A DNA stretch of 64,000 nucleotides from NCBI GenBank assembly GCA_022340885.1, contig JAJDND010000055.1, positions 1,907 to 65,906 on the forward strand, read 5' to 3'. The stretch's first letter is position 1; every line of letters begins with the position of its first letter. Below, in pieces: positions 17,496 through 27,768 of this stretch. Under the pieces are notes generated by a model. It was not told where the DNA came from. It saw nothing but the letters and a program-made list of their open reading frames with translations, and did not search any database. Both the position numbers and the translations under genes were made by a program. The DNA comes from Desulfobacterales bacterium. GTDB taxonomy: Bacteria; Desulfobacterota; Desulfobacteria; Desulfobacterales; UBA11574.

Positions 17496-19502
17496 TCACC
17501 CCTGCAGCTGATTCAGGCGGTAATAAAATCCCTGAATTTGCATCAATTCCGCATGGTTTCCGGTTTCAATGATCTGTCCCCTGTTGAGGACGATGATTCT
17601 GTCGGCTTCCCGGGCCGTTGAAAGCCGGTGTGCCACAATAATTGAAGTCCGGTTGGCCATCAGTTTGGCGAGGGCTTCCTGGATTTTTTGTTCGGTCTCG
17701 GAATCAATATAAGAGGTTGCCTCGTCGAGGATAATCAAGTCCGGATGGCTGGCAAAGGCCCTTGCAATGGAGATGAGCTGGCGCTCCCCGCTGGAGATGG
17801 ATGCGCCGCCTTCCGAAAGCACGGTATGGACGCCGTCGGGTAATCGGTCTATAAATGTTTGGCAGTTCGAATCCTTTAAAATCTGCTGAAACACCGCTGC
17901 AGAAATGTTGTCTCTTCCCAGGGTTATATTTTCTCGAACGGTTTCGGAAAATAAAAACGGGTCCTGCATCACCAGGGCCATTTTGGATCTTAACTCCCGG
18001 ACCCCTCGTTTTTTAATATCCACCCCGTTCAATAAAATCCGTCCTTCCGTCGGCTCATAAAACCGGATAATCAGGTTGACGATGGTCGTTTTCCCGGAAC
18101 CTGTCGGTCCCACAATCGCTAACGTCTCACCGGCTTTTATGCGAAAAGAAATATTTTTAAGCACGGGCTCGTTGCGAATATATTCAAAAAAAACATTTTC
18201 CAGAGAAATTTCCGAAATGCTGCCCCAGTCGGTGTCCGATGGTTTCAAGCCGGATAGCGACGGACGATCGATATCCCGCCCGACGTGTTGGATGGTTTCC
18301 GTACTGTCCAAAATCAGAAAAATTCTTTCGGCAGATGCCATGGCGTTTTGCAGAATATTGTATTTTTCGGCGATGTCTCTGATGGGTCGGAAAAACATTT
18401 TCATATATGATAAAAACGCCACAAGGGCGCCGAGGCTTATGGTTCCCGCCAACACGCTGCCGCCGCCATAAAAGATGACGATGGCAATGGCCGTTGCGCC
18501 CAGGATTTCGATGACCGGCATAAAAATCGCAAAAACGTGAATTTGTCTCATCCCGGCCAGGTAATGCTCGCGATTCAGTTTTTTAAAACTTAAGTAATTT
18601 TGCGTTTCTTTTAAAAAAAGCTGGATCACTTTGATGCCGCCGATGGTTTCCGAAAACCGTGTATTTATTTCCGCAATCTTTATTCTCAGTATCCGGTAGG
18701 CTGCTCTGGCCTGGCTCGAAAAATGAACGGAAGCATACAGAACTATGGGAATGACGGTAAAACAAGCCAGCGCCAGTTTTAAATTTATGCTGATGAGAAC
18801 CCCTGCAATGCCCACCAGCAAAAAAAGATCTTTAAAGACAAAGGCAATTACCGAAGTAAAGAGTTCATACATATTCTGAATATCATTGGTCACCCGTGTT
18901 ACCAGCCGTCCGACGGGATTGTGGGTGAAAAACGAAATGGACAAACTCTGAATATGATCAAAAAGGCGCAGGCGCAGATCATGCATCACCATCTGACCCG
19001 CGTATTCCATGATGAGCACCTGCACAATATCGAAAACAAAACTAAAAATAACGAGGGTCAGAAACAAAGCGGTGATCCACGTGACACCGGAAAGGTCATG
19101 CTTTCGCAAGATAGCGAGATCTTTTTTATTCAATTTAACGAGGTTGCGGAAATATATCTGCGCCGATGCGCCTTGAATTTTGAAAAGATCGGGATATTTT
19201 CGGACGACCCTCTGGATATCGGGATCCGTCATGTCCGCCTTGAACACCCGGACGTCGACTTCCGCATGAACCGCTTTATTTTTTTTGATCGATTCCCGGC
19301 CGGGGACAATATATCGATCGATGGCGATTTTGGTTACGTAAGGAAGTGAAAGATCCATGAGGGTGATAAAAACCACCAGAACAATGGAGCAGAGAAACAA
19401 AAGTTTATACGGTTTTGTATAGGGATACAGACGCCGCAACAATTTGACATCATAGGGCTTGCCAAGCTGTTTTTCTTCGGAATATCCATAATCGCTATGC
19501 AT
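17496..19502 (-). CDS. ABC exporter, fused TMD-NBD (heterodimer half 2)
   Basis: GPTGSGKTT, ISSGERQ and ILDEATS. Confidence 0.93.
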   Translation of the reverse strand: MHSDYGYSEEKQLGKPYDVKLLRRLYPYTKPYKLLFLCSIVLVVFITLMDLSLPYVTKIAIDRYIVPGRESIKKNKAVHAEVDVRVFKADMTDPDIQRVVRKYPDLFKIQGASAQIYFRNLVKLNKKDLAILRKHDLSGVTWITALFLTLVIFSFVFDIVQVLIMEYAGQMVMHDLRLRLFDHIQSLSISFFTHNPVGRLVTRVTNDIQNMYELFTSVIAFVFKDLFLLVGIAGVLISINLKLALACFTVIPIVLYASVHFSSQARAAYRILRIKIAEINTRFSETIGGIKVIQLFLKETQNYLSFKKLNREHYLAGMRQIHVFAIFMPVIEILGATAIAIVIFYGGGSVLAGTISLGALVAFLSYMKMFFRPIRDIAEKYNILQNAMASAERIFLILDSTETIQHVGRDIDRPSLSGLKPSDTDWGSISEISLENVFFEYIRNEPVLKNISFRIKAGETLAIVGPTGSGKTTIVNLIIRFYEPTEGRILLNGVDIKKRGVRELRSKMALVMQDPFLFSETVRENITLGRDNISAAVFQQILKDSNCQTFIDRLPDGVHTVLSEGGASISSGERQLISIARAFASHPDLIILDEATSYIDSETEQKIQEALAKLMANRTSIIVAHRLSTAREADRIIVLNRGQIIETGNHAELMQIQGFYYRLNQLQG

Positions 19503-21249
19503 ATTCTTCCTCTACCTCCTGGAGCCGGAACGTTTTGGCATAATATTGATTATTGGCCATCAACTCGGCATGTGTTCCCGATTCGAAAATACGTCCATGG
19601 TCCAGCGCGATGATCCGGTCGGCAAAACGAAGGGCGGACAATCGGTGAGAAACGATGATAATGGTTTTTTCACCGGCCATGGCCCGGATGGTATCGATAA
19701 TCGTTTCGCCGGTTTTGAGGTCCACCTGGCTGATGGGATCATCCAGAATCATGACGGGCGCATCTTTCAAAAGCATGCGGGCCAACCCCACACGCTGTTT
19801 CTGGCCGCCGGAAAGCACAATCCCTTTTTCGCCGACAATGGTTTCAAATCCGTTGGGAAAAGTGTTGATGGCATCCAAAAGGCTTGCCCGTTCAACGGCC
19901 TGTATTAATTGTGATTCGTTTGTTTTCCGGCTGTCAAAGGTAATGTTTTCCCGGATGGTCCCTGCAAACAAAAAAGGTTCCTGGGGCATGTACGATATCA
20001 TGGATCGTAAATGAGCAAGTTGAATCTTTCGGATATCGATGCTGTCCATGGTAATGCATCCGCCCCCCACATCAAAGATCCTGGGGATCAAACTCAATAG
20101 CGTCGATTTGCCGCTTCCCGGAGGCCCGACGATTCCAAGGACGTTTCCATGCTTTATTTCAAGATCGATTCCATCCAGCACCGGCGCGGCAACCGATGAA
20201 CGGTCAAAGGGCCTGTAGGAAAAGGTAACGGATTCAAAACCGATCGATCCGCTGACATGGTCAGGCCAAACCGGATCCGCCGGGTCATCGATTGTCGGTT
20301 TTTCCTTGATGATTCTGTCGATTCTGTTCAGGGATGCCTTGCCGCGCTGGATCAGGTTCGTGACCCATCCCGTCGCCATCATAGGCCAGGTCAGCAGGCC
20401 CAGGTAGGCGATAAATGCAACGAAATCTCCGGGAGTTATGGTGAACGTTATGGTTTGCCGGCCGCCCAAAAAGAGAACGATGGCAAGGCTAATGTTCGAA
20501 AACAAAATCATCATGGGAGAAAAGGATCCTGTAATTCTGACAAGGGCCAGGTTTTTTCCGATATAATCCTTTGACACGGTCTCGATCTTCGAGGATGCTT
20601 CCTGCTCGCGATTGTAAGCCTTGATCATGCGAATGCCTGCAAATCTTTCCCGGACGACCTCGGTCAGTTCCGAGAAGGCCCCCTGAACTTCGTGATACCC
20701 GCGATGCATTTTCTTGCTGAAAAAGCGGGCGCCGAAAACGATCAGCGGCATCGGGATCAGCACAAAGAGCGTGAGCTTGACATTGATATAGACCATGAAA
20801 CCAACGGCTGCGGTGCCCAGGACAACGGCATCGGTCAACGCAACGATGCCCATACCGGTCGCCATTCGAACATTTTGAATATCATTGGTGGCATGGGCCA
20901 TCAGGTCGCCGGTTTTGGCTTTGTCGAAGTATGGCGCCGAAAGGGTTTGAACGTGTGCGAAAAGCCTGTTTCGCAATCCTTCTTCAACCCGTCTGGACGT
21001 TCCCATCAGGCATCGTCGCCAAAGATATCGAAAAATACCGATCAATACAGAGATCCCGACAATATACAACGCATAGATCAACAGCGATATCTTATCGATT
21101 CGATACCCGGTAAGATCGTCGATGGCCCACTTGATAATTCGCGGAATAAAAAGCTGGAGAAAATCGACGGTGATCAGAAAGATAAGGCCCAGAACAATGA
21201 ATAGCCGTCTTTCTGAAAGATACGGTTTTATTAAATATAAAGACTTCAT
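19495..21249 (-). CDS. ABC exporter, fused TMD-NBD (heterodimer half 1, degenerate site)
   Basis: GPPGSGKS, LSGGQKQR and ILDDP (Walker B E to D). Confidence 0.93.
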   Translation of the reverse strand: MKSLYLIKPYLSERRLFIVLGLIFLITVDFLQLFIPRIIKWAIDDLTGYRIDKISLLIYALYIVGISVLIGIFRYLWRRCLMGTSRRVEEGLRNRLFAHVQTLSAPYFDKAKTGDLMAHATNDIQNVRMATGMGIVALTDAVVLGTAAVGFMVYINVKLTLFVLIPMPLIVFGARFFSKKMHRGYHEVQGAFSELTEVVRERFAGIRMIKAYNREQEASSKIETVSKDYIGKNLALVRITGSFSPMMILFSNISLAIVLFLGGRQTITFTITPGDFVAFIAYLGLLTWPMMATGWVTNLIQRGKASLNRIDRIIKEKPTIDDPADPVWPDHVSGSIGFESVTFSYRPFDRSSVAAPVLDGIDLEIKHGNVLGIVGPPGSGKSTLLSLIPRIFDVGGGCITMDSIDIRKIQLAHLRSMISYMPQEPFLFAGTIRENITFDSRKTNESQLIQAVERASLLDAINTFPNGFETIVGEKGIVLSGGQKQRVGLARMLLKDAPVMILDDPISQVDLKTGETIIDTIRAMAGEKTIIIVSHRLSALRFADRIIALDHGRIFESGTHAELMANNQYYAKTFRLQEVEEEYA

Positions 21250-21516
21250 GATTTTTGCTCAATCAACAACTTTTATATCAGAATCGCACATGGGTCAACC
21301 ACCGTCAAAACGTATTCCATTTGCATCATTTTTACGGCGAGATGAACCGCATTTCGATAACCAATGCGACGGTCCCGTGCCGCCACAGCGTGTATCTCAT
21401 TGGGTTTAAAGAGATACACGCCGTCGCTTCGCTCAACAAACATCCATTTTATTTGCCTCGTGGTTGCGTTGTCATTACATTGACTTTCCCACCTGCTCTT
21501 GTTATGGTCTGATGTT

Positions 21517-23505
21517 ATGGAATCCGGGAGCATCGTTGAATATATCGACCGCCAGAAAATAATGTGCGCGGTGGTTTTGGAAGTCAAAAATCGCAGACTC
21601 AGACTTCTAACTGAATCCAACCGTGAAGTCAATCTTTCAGCCAACCGAGTGTCCCATAAATGTAAAACCCGCCTGGATGTATCCATGGGCAGGATGAAGA
21701 TGGTCCAAACGCTCAAAGCGATCGTCGGTCAACGCAATGCATTGGTCGACCATATCGATATCAAGGAATTGTGGGAAGTACTCAATACGGAACAAGTATG
21801 GATCGACCTCGGCACCATGACGTCGTTTTGTTTTCCGGATAATCCCAATGATAATCATGAATCCGCCGTGATTCGCGCTTTCTTCCAAAACCGGCTTTAT
21901 TTTAGATTTCATCATGATCGGTTTTTCCCGAATACTCAAGAACAAGTCGAACGGAAAATTGCGCATGAAAAAGAAATTGCCCGTAAAAACCGCATCATCC
22001 AGGAGGGCGGCGACTGGCTGGCAAATGTCCTGATCCAAGAAGACCCTCGGATACCCGAGAACAAACTGGAAATCGTGGCGCTTATCAAGACATTTTATCT
22101 GTTTGGAAAAGAGAGCAGATACTTTGACCTTGCAAAGGCAATACTTGCAAGGGCCGGTATAGATCCCGATGAAGAGGTCTTTAATGCTTTGGTAAAGCTG
22201 AAGGTGTTCGAAGATGACGAAAATGTCGATTTGCATCGATTCGGCATATCCACCGATTTTCAGGACGAGGTCAATCATTGCGCCGCCGGTATCATCGCTT
22301 CGGATCCCGGTTCGTTATTGGATACCAATGGTCGAAAAGATCTAACGATGCTTTCCCTGATGACCATCGACGGTCAATCCACTTTAGATTTTGATGATGC
22401 CATCAGCATAGAAGACACCGGTGATCATTATCGCCTGGGCATTCATATCGTTGATGTCGGACACTTTGTTAAAAAAGGGGATTGCATCGATCGGGAGGCC
22501 CTTACCCGCGGCAGCTCAATTTATATGCCCGACCAGAAAATTCCGATGTTGCCGTCGGGTCTTGCGGAAGATTTGTGCAGTCTCAAGGCCGGTGAGCTTC
22601 GACCGGCAATCAGCTTGTTCGTAACCATAGACAGATCCTATGATATCACAAATTATGACATCGTACCGAGCCTGATCAACGTATCAAAGCAACTGACCTA
22701 TTTCGATGTCAACATTATTGCGGACGAGAATGAAGACATCATTATCCTTCGCAATATCGCCGAAAAATTCCGGCAAAACAGGATGGCCGCCGGAGCGGTT
22801 CAGATAACCCTGCCGGATATCAATGTCTGGATCGGGGATGACGGCGAAATAACCGTGAGCAAGATCAACAGGGAGAGTCCCGGAAGAATGCTGGTTTCGG
22901 AAATCATGATCATGGCGAACTGGTTAAAGGCCAAGTTTTTGGCCAAACATCAGCTTCCGGCCATATTCAGGGCCCAGACAGCGCCCCGAGAAAGGCTCTA
23001 TAAAGGGAATAAGGGGACGCTGTTTCAAAATTGGATGCAGAGAAAGCTGCTGAGCCGTTTCTTTCTCACTCCGGATCCTGAAAATCATTCGGGGCTCGGG
23101 CTGAATGCATATGTCACGGCCACATCGCCGATTCGGAAATATTTCGATCTTGCCACCCAGCGGCAAATCCGAGCGGTTTTTGGATTGGAAACGCCTTACA
23201 CGGTTGAAGAAGTCGATCATATCATTCAATCACTTGAAGAACCCATGAGCTATGTCGCCAAGATCCAATACAACCGCCACCGCTACTGGTTGTTGAAGTA
23301 CCTTGAAAAACACATCGGACAAAAAGAAGAGGCGATTGTTCTTTATAAAAAGAGAAATAACTATCAAATACTTTTAACCGAATATCTCATCGAATGCGAG
23401 CTGCCGCTATCGAGCGGTATTTCGTTGAAACCCGAGGATTTAATACAGGTCACCATCCAGCACGCCAATGCCAGAAAAGAAGTGGTGTCCGTATTTATGG
23501 GTTAG
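21517..23505 (+). CDS. RNB-domain exoribonuclease (RNase II/R family)
   Basis: TIDGQSTLDFDDAIS, RGSSIYMP and HSGLGL..Y..ATSPIRKY.DL. Confidence 0.9.
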   Translation: MESGSIVEYIDRQKIMCAVVLEVKNRRLRLLTESNREVNLSANRVSHKCKTRLDVSMGRMKMVQTLKAIVGQRNALVDHIDIKELWEVLNTEQVWIDLGTMTSFCFPDNPNDNHESAVIRAFFQNRLYFRFHHDRFFPNTQEQVERKIAHEKEIARKNRIIQEGGDWLANVLIQEDPRIPENKLEIVALIKTFYLFGKESRYFDLAKAILARAGIDPDEEVFNALVKLKVFEDDENVDLHRFGISTDFQDEVNHCAAGIIASDPGSLLDTNGRKDLTMLSLMTIDGQSTLDFDDAISIEDTGDHYRLGIHIVDVGHFVKKGDCIDREALTRGSSIYMPDQKIPMLPSGLAEDLCSLKAGELRPAISLFVTIDRSYDITNYDIVPSLINVSKQLTYFDVNIIADENEDIIILRNIAEKFRQNRMAAGAVQITLPDINVWIGDDGEITVSKINRESPGRMLVSEIMIMANWLKAKFLAKHQLPAIFRAQTAPRERLYKGNKGTLFQNWMQRKLLSRFFLTPDPENHSGLGLNAYVTATSPIRKYFDLATQRQIRAVFGLETPYTVEEVDHIIQSLEEPMSYVAKIQYNRHRYWLLKYLEKHIGQKEEAIVLYKKRNNYQILLTEYLIECELPLSSGISLKPEDLIQVTIQHANARKEVVSVFMG

Positions 23506-23990
23506 CTTCTAAAATCTTCGAACCAGTTTTTTTCCAGGTTCTTTTTGACGCGATCCGGATCAAAAATCCTGCCGTTCATCATAATATAAGCCCCCGGTTT
23601 CAATACTTGAACAGCGGCGACAGCCGCGCCGATATTGAACACGGCATCGCTGTATTTAAACCTGGCCGGGGCCATTGCACCGGTGAGTACAATCACTTTA
23701 CCGGGCACTGCTTTTAGTGTTTTAGCGGTTTGAATCATGGTATCCGTGCCGTGGGTCACCACAATATGTTCGTGTTCGTCGGCTGATATTCTGTCGAAAA
23801 TGAACCGACGGTCTTCATCGGTCATATCGAGACTGTCCTTATGCAAAATGGATGATATTTCGTACTCGAGGTTGACATTGGCTTCTTTGAGTATTTCGCC
23901 GATCATTGATTCTCCCACTTCATAGGTGCTTTTACGGTCAAAGTATACCTTGTCGATGGTACCCCCAACAGTATAAATTTTGATTTTCAT
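23502..23990 (-). CDS. short asparaginase-domain protein
   Basis: TVGGTIDK, HKDSLDMT and THGTDTM. Confidence 0.88.
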   Translation of the reverse strand: MKIKIYTVGGTIDKVYFDRKSTYEVGESMIGEILKEANVNLEYEISSILHKDSLDMTDEDRRFIFDRISADEHEHIVVTHGTDTMIQTAKTLKAVPGKVIVLTGAMAPARFKYSDAVFNIGAAVAAVQVLKPGAYIMMNGRIFDPDRVKKNLEKNWFEDFRS

Positions 23991-24017
23991 ATGGCGTTTA
24001 CCTCGCTTTGCTCCATT

Positions 24018-25649
24018 TCAATAAAGACGCGTGATCTCGTCCGCCTCAAAACTGGGCCAAATCGCTTTCCCGCTGCTGCTGACGGCTTTGATGCCGCAAC
24101 CGGCCTCCAAGATCTCGCCGATCCGTGTAATATCGATTTCCGCGCGTTTGATTTTTTTCATGAGCGGATCGCTCTTATCGTTTCGGCAGCAAATCAAGAG
24201 GCTTCCCGAACCGATCAGCCCCAACGGATCGATATGAAGCAAACCGCATATCTTTTCCGTAAGCGGGAGAACCGGAATGTCTTCCAAGTTGATCTGTATG
24301 CCATATCCGCCGGCAATGGTCAGTTCCGCGAGCGCCGTTGCGAGCCCGCCTTCGGTCACATCATGCATGGCCGTTGTCCAGCCCGAATCACCGGCGATCT
24401 TTGCTTCTTCTATGATACTGATGCCGGAAATCAATTGCTGGCACGCTTCGATCTCGGACTCCGCCATTCCCAAAGCCCTGAGCCGATCGCCATGATCTCT
24501 GGCAATGATGGCCGTTCCTTCCACGGCCAATGCCTTGGTCAATAACACGCTGTCCCCGGGTTGAATATTGCGTTTGTCGACCAGGCGGTTTTTGGATACG
24601 GTTCCGACCATCATTCCGGTGATAACGGGCCGTGTTACCGCATCGGTGATCTCCGTATGACCCCCGCAGAGTGTAATATTCCATGAGCGACACATGGATG
24701 CCAGTTCTTGCATTACCTGGCGTATGGCCGACGGCGTGACGCCGGGCGGAAACAAAAGCGTGGTCAAAAACCATCGGGGATCGGCGCCGGAGGTTGCAAT
24801 ATCGTTGGCATTGATCAAAACCGCGTAATGCCCGATGCTGTCCGTGGCAAAGGTGATGGGGTCTGATTTAATGACCAGCACTTCCTCTTCGGCAATATTC
24901 ACCGCGGCGGCATCTTCGCCCACTCCGGCATTGATCAGAACCGAGGGATCATCAATGTTGAACTCGTCCAGAAAATTTTCAAGCAGATCGTTGGGCAGTT
25001 TTCCAGGTGAAAGCGGAAGCCCCAACCGAACGATATCTTTGATTTCTTCAAAACCCGTAACGATAAAATCGCTGTCAATCTTTTCGGCGCCGGATGTCGG
25101 ATGATAATCGATAAACACCGTGATACATCCTGCTTTTTGTCCGGCATGGATGTCGAAAATATAGTCACCCACCATAATCATCTGCCTGACGTCGATATTC
25201 AGCATCCCGGCGGCCAAGGTGATTCCGTCACCACTGGGTTTGACCCGTACGGGGGTTTCTCTGGAAATGACGACGTCAAAGGTCGACAAATCGATATCTT
25301 TAAAGTTTTTAAGAGACCGCTTTATGCTTGAAAGCGTGTTTCGCGTAATAATCCCCACAGCCAGGGACTTTGAACGGAGGTAATGAATCAAGTCCTGGGC
25401 ACCGGGGTTGGGTATGGATATCGCGGCGGCTTCTTTTTCAAAGCGCGCCAATACGGCCGAGGCGTCATCTTTGTGAGACCGGGTGGGAAGACTTTCTATA
25501 AATTCGAGCACAGGGGTGTCCGCAGGGCAATTGATGGTTTTTTTTAGAAGCTGAAAATCCAGGGCTCCGGGTTTTGTCAATGTGCCGTCGAAATCAAACA
25601 ACACGGCTTTGATATAAAAGGGCCGATATGTATTTTGCTTGATTCTCAT
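24018..25649 (-). CDS. HAD phosphatase fused to an AIR-synthase-like (PurM/HypE/ThiL-fold) domain
   Basis: FDFDGTL, KP and VGDYIFD, followed by [20 protein letters not shown] and MHDVTEGG. Confidence 0.85.
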   Translation of the reverse strand: MRIKQNTYRPFYIKAVLFDFDGTLTKPGALDFQLLKKTINCPADTPVLEFIESLPTRSHKDDASAVLARFEKEAAAISIPNPGAQDLIHYLRSKSLAVGIITRNTLSSIKRSLKNFKDIDLSTFDVVISRETPVRVKPSGDGITLAAGMLNIDVRQMIMVGDYIFDIHAGQKAGCITVFIDYHPTSGAEKIDSDFIVTGFEEIKDIVRLGLPLSPGKLPNDLLENFLDEFNIDDPSVLINAGVGEDAAAVNIAEEEVLVIKSDPITFATDSIGHYAVLINANDIATSGADPRWFLTTLLFPPGVTPSAIRQVMQELASMCRSWNITLCGGHTEITDAVTRPVITGMMVGTVSKNRLVDKRNIQPGDSVLLTKALAVEGTAIIARDHGDRLRALGMAESEIEACQQLISGISIIEEAKIAGDSGWTTAMHDVTEGGLATALAELTIAGGYGIQINLEDIPVLPLTEKICGLLHIDPLGLIGSGSLLICCRNDKSDPLMKKIKRAEIDITRIGEILEAGCGIKAVSSSGKAIWPSFEADEITRLY

Positions 25650-25722
25650 TGGCTCACTCAGACAGTGTTCAGTGTTCTAGTACGGAGCACTGAACTTTGA
25701 ACAATGAACCCCGGAATCCCGA

Positions 25723-26610
25723 TTACAGTTCATAAGGCGTCAGGCTTTCAAAACCGGTTTCGGTGACGTGGATGGTTTGTTCAAATTGAGCGGAAAGGGA
25801 TCCGTCTTTTGTAACGGCGGTCCATTTGTCATCGAGGACGAAAAGTTCCTTTTGTCCGAGGTTGATCATGGGTTCAATGGTAAAAACCATTCCCGGAATC
25901 AAAGGAATTCCCTCTCTTCGAACACCATAGTGCGGGACTTGAGGCGGTTCGTGAAATTCAAACCCGACACCATGGCCGACAAATTCCCTGACCACCGAGC
26001 ATCCATGGCGCTCTGCATATTTTTGAATGGCCCACCCGATATCTCCGATGGTGTTTCCGGGCTTGACCATAAGCATTCCTTTTAGCAGGCTTTTTTTAGC
26101 CACATGAACGATTTTTTTTGCATCGTCCCCGGGTGTCCCCACGAAAAAGGTCTTGTTGGCGTCCGCATAATAGCCGTTTAAAATCGGTGTGACGTCAATA
26201 TTGACGATATCCCCGTCTTTTAAAATCCTTTCTCCGGGAATGCCGTGACAAATGACTTCGTTGACGGACACACAGACACTTTTTGGATACCCCCTGTAAT
26301 TCAACGGTGCAGGGATTGCTCCGTGTTTCAGCGTAAATTCGTGTACCATCGTATTGATCGTATCGGTCGCCATTCCCGGCCTTATTTCAGCTTCGACCAT
26401 GTCCAGCGTATCCAGGGCCAGGCGACCGGCCTTTCGGATGTTTTCGATATCCTGTGATTCTTTGATCCGAATTCGGTATTTTTTGGCATATTCCGCCTTG
26501 AGTTTATCCGGACTCATCACATTTTTATTTAGGCAGCATTTTTTGTATTTCAAACCGCTGCCGCAGGGGCATGGATCGTTGCGTCCGCTTTTGAAAAATT
26601 TGTTTTTCAT
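25723..26610 (-). CDS. map: type I methionine aminopeptidase with N-terminal SEC-C motif
   Basis: GRNDPCPCGSGLKYKKCC; SVNEVICHGIP, GHGVG, FTIEPMIN and SAQFEQT. Confidence 0.95.
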   Translation of the reverse strand: MKNKFFKSGRNDPCPCGSGLKYKKCCLNKNVMSPDKLKAEYAKKYRIRIKESQDIENIRKAGRLALDTLDMVEAEIRPGMATDTINTMVHEFTLKHGAIPAPLNYRGYPKSVCVSVNEVICHGIPGERILKDGDIVNIDVTPILNGYYADANKTFFVGTPGDDAKKIVHVAKKSLLKGMLMVKPGNTIGDIGWAIQKYAERHGCSVVREFVGHGVGFEFHEPPQVPHYGVRREGIPLIPGMVFTIEPMINLGQKELFVLDDKWTAVTKDGSLSAQFEQTIHVTETGFESLTPYEL

Positions 26611-26645
26611 GCTTTTCTCGATTCGAATATCACATTTTCACCGAA

Positions 26646-26966
26646 CTATCGGTAGTCTTCTCTGATCGGATAAAATACATCGGTGACGCGGCTTCTGGCC
26701 AAGGCTTTCCCGGAATGAACAGCATGGGGCGGTATAATGACCACGGACCCCGGACCGAGTTCTTTGCTTTCGCCGTCCACAGTCAGCTCGAATCGGCCTT
26801 CGATGATGTGTGTGACCTGTTCATGGGGGTGGGAATGCTCCGGCAGCTGGGCCCCTTTTTCAATATCCCAGAAAGAAAACGTCATGTTTTCCGAATGGAT
26901 AAAACGAACCTTAAAGCCCGCAACCAGTTCTTTTTTTTCTATATCTTCAAGATGGGTATAGTCCAT
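26646..26966 (-). CDS. cupin domain protein
   Basis: HSHPHEQ...G...IPPHAVH and DVFYPIREDY. Confidence 0.88.
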   Translation of the reverse strand: MDYTHLEDIEKKELVAGFKVRFIHSENMTFSFWDIEKGAQLPEHSHPHEQVTHIIEGRFELTVDGESKELGPGSVVIIPPHAVHSGKALARSRVTDVFYPIREDYR

Positions 26967-27129
26967 TTGTTTCAGCACCTCTGCGTCTATATCGGTTGGG
27001 ATTTTGGATGATTATGTCCAAAGTTTGCCTCAGTTTGACGGCAAAACCAGTGTATTGATATATGCGGCGGAATGTGATGTCAATTTTTATCTTTCCCTAT
27101 AAACGGTTTCAAAACCCCACATTCGGCAT

Positions 27130-27663
27130 TCAAGTCGATTTGCCGAACCCGTCGTAATGAATTTTTTCATATGGCAGGTCTTCTTTTGGGTGCCCGGGCT
27201 TTTTTTCAGCCGGATATCCCACGGCAACCATCGATTCTATTTTAAGGTTTTCCGGTATGTCCAGCAGTTCGCGAATGTATTGTTCCGCGGATTTTTCCCG
27301 ATCATGCATCCTTTTTCTGATCTGAATCCAGCAGCTCCCAAGTTCCATGGATTCCGCCGCCAGATGGATATATATTGAGGCGATGGATGCATCCTCGATC
27401 CAGACATCGCATTTTTCGGGATCCGCACATATCACAATCCCCACGGCCGCATCTTTTATAAATGAGGCGCCGTGGGGCTTGGATTTTGATAGCTTTTCCA
27501 GCAGACCCGGATCGGTCACGACCACGAATTCCCAGGGGTTGAACCCCCTGGATGAGGGCGCTCGAAGGGCCGCTTCAACAATCCTCTCGATTTTTTCGGT
27601 TTCGACGGGTTTTTCCAGGTATCGGCGAATGCTTCTGCGTTTTTGGGCCAGGGATAAAAACAT
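27130..27663 (-). CDS. nitroreductase family protein
   Basis: RRSIRRY, APSSRGFNPWEF and LGSCWIQ. Confidence 0.92.
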   Translation of the reverse strand: MFLSLAQKRRSIRRYLEKPVETEKIERIVEAALRAPSSRGFNPWEFVVVTDPGLLEKLSKSKPHGASFIKDAAVGIVICADPEKCDVWIEDASIASIYIHLAAESMELGSCWIQIRKRMHDREKSAEQYIRELLDIPENLKIESMVAVGYPAEKKPGHPKEDLPYEKIHYDGFGKST

Positions 27664-27768
27664 AGGATGTACCTCCTCGATTCGTCGTTCAAATCATGAC
27701 AAAATTATGATAATAAAACAAATTATAAATTCGATTCGATCTTTTTGCAAGAACGCGGGCGATTCATC

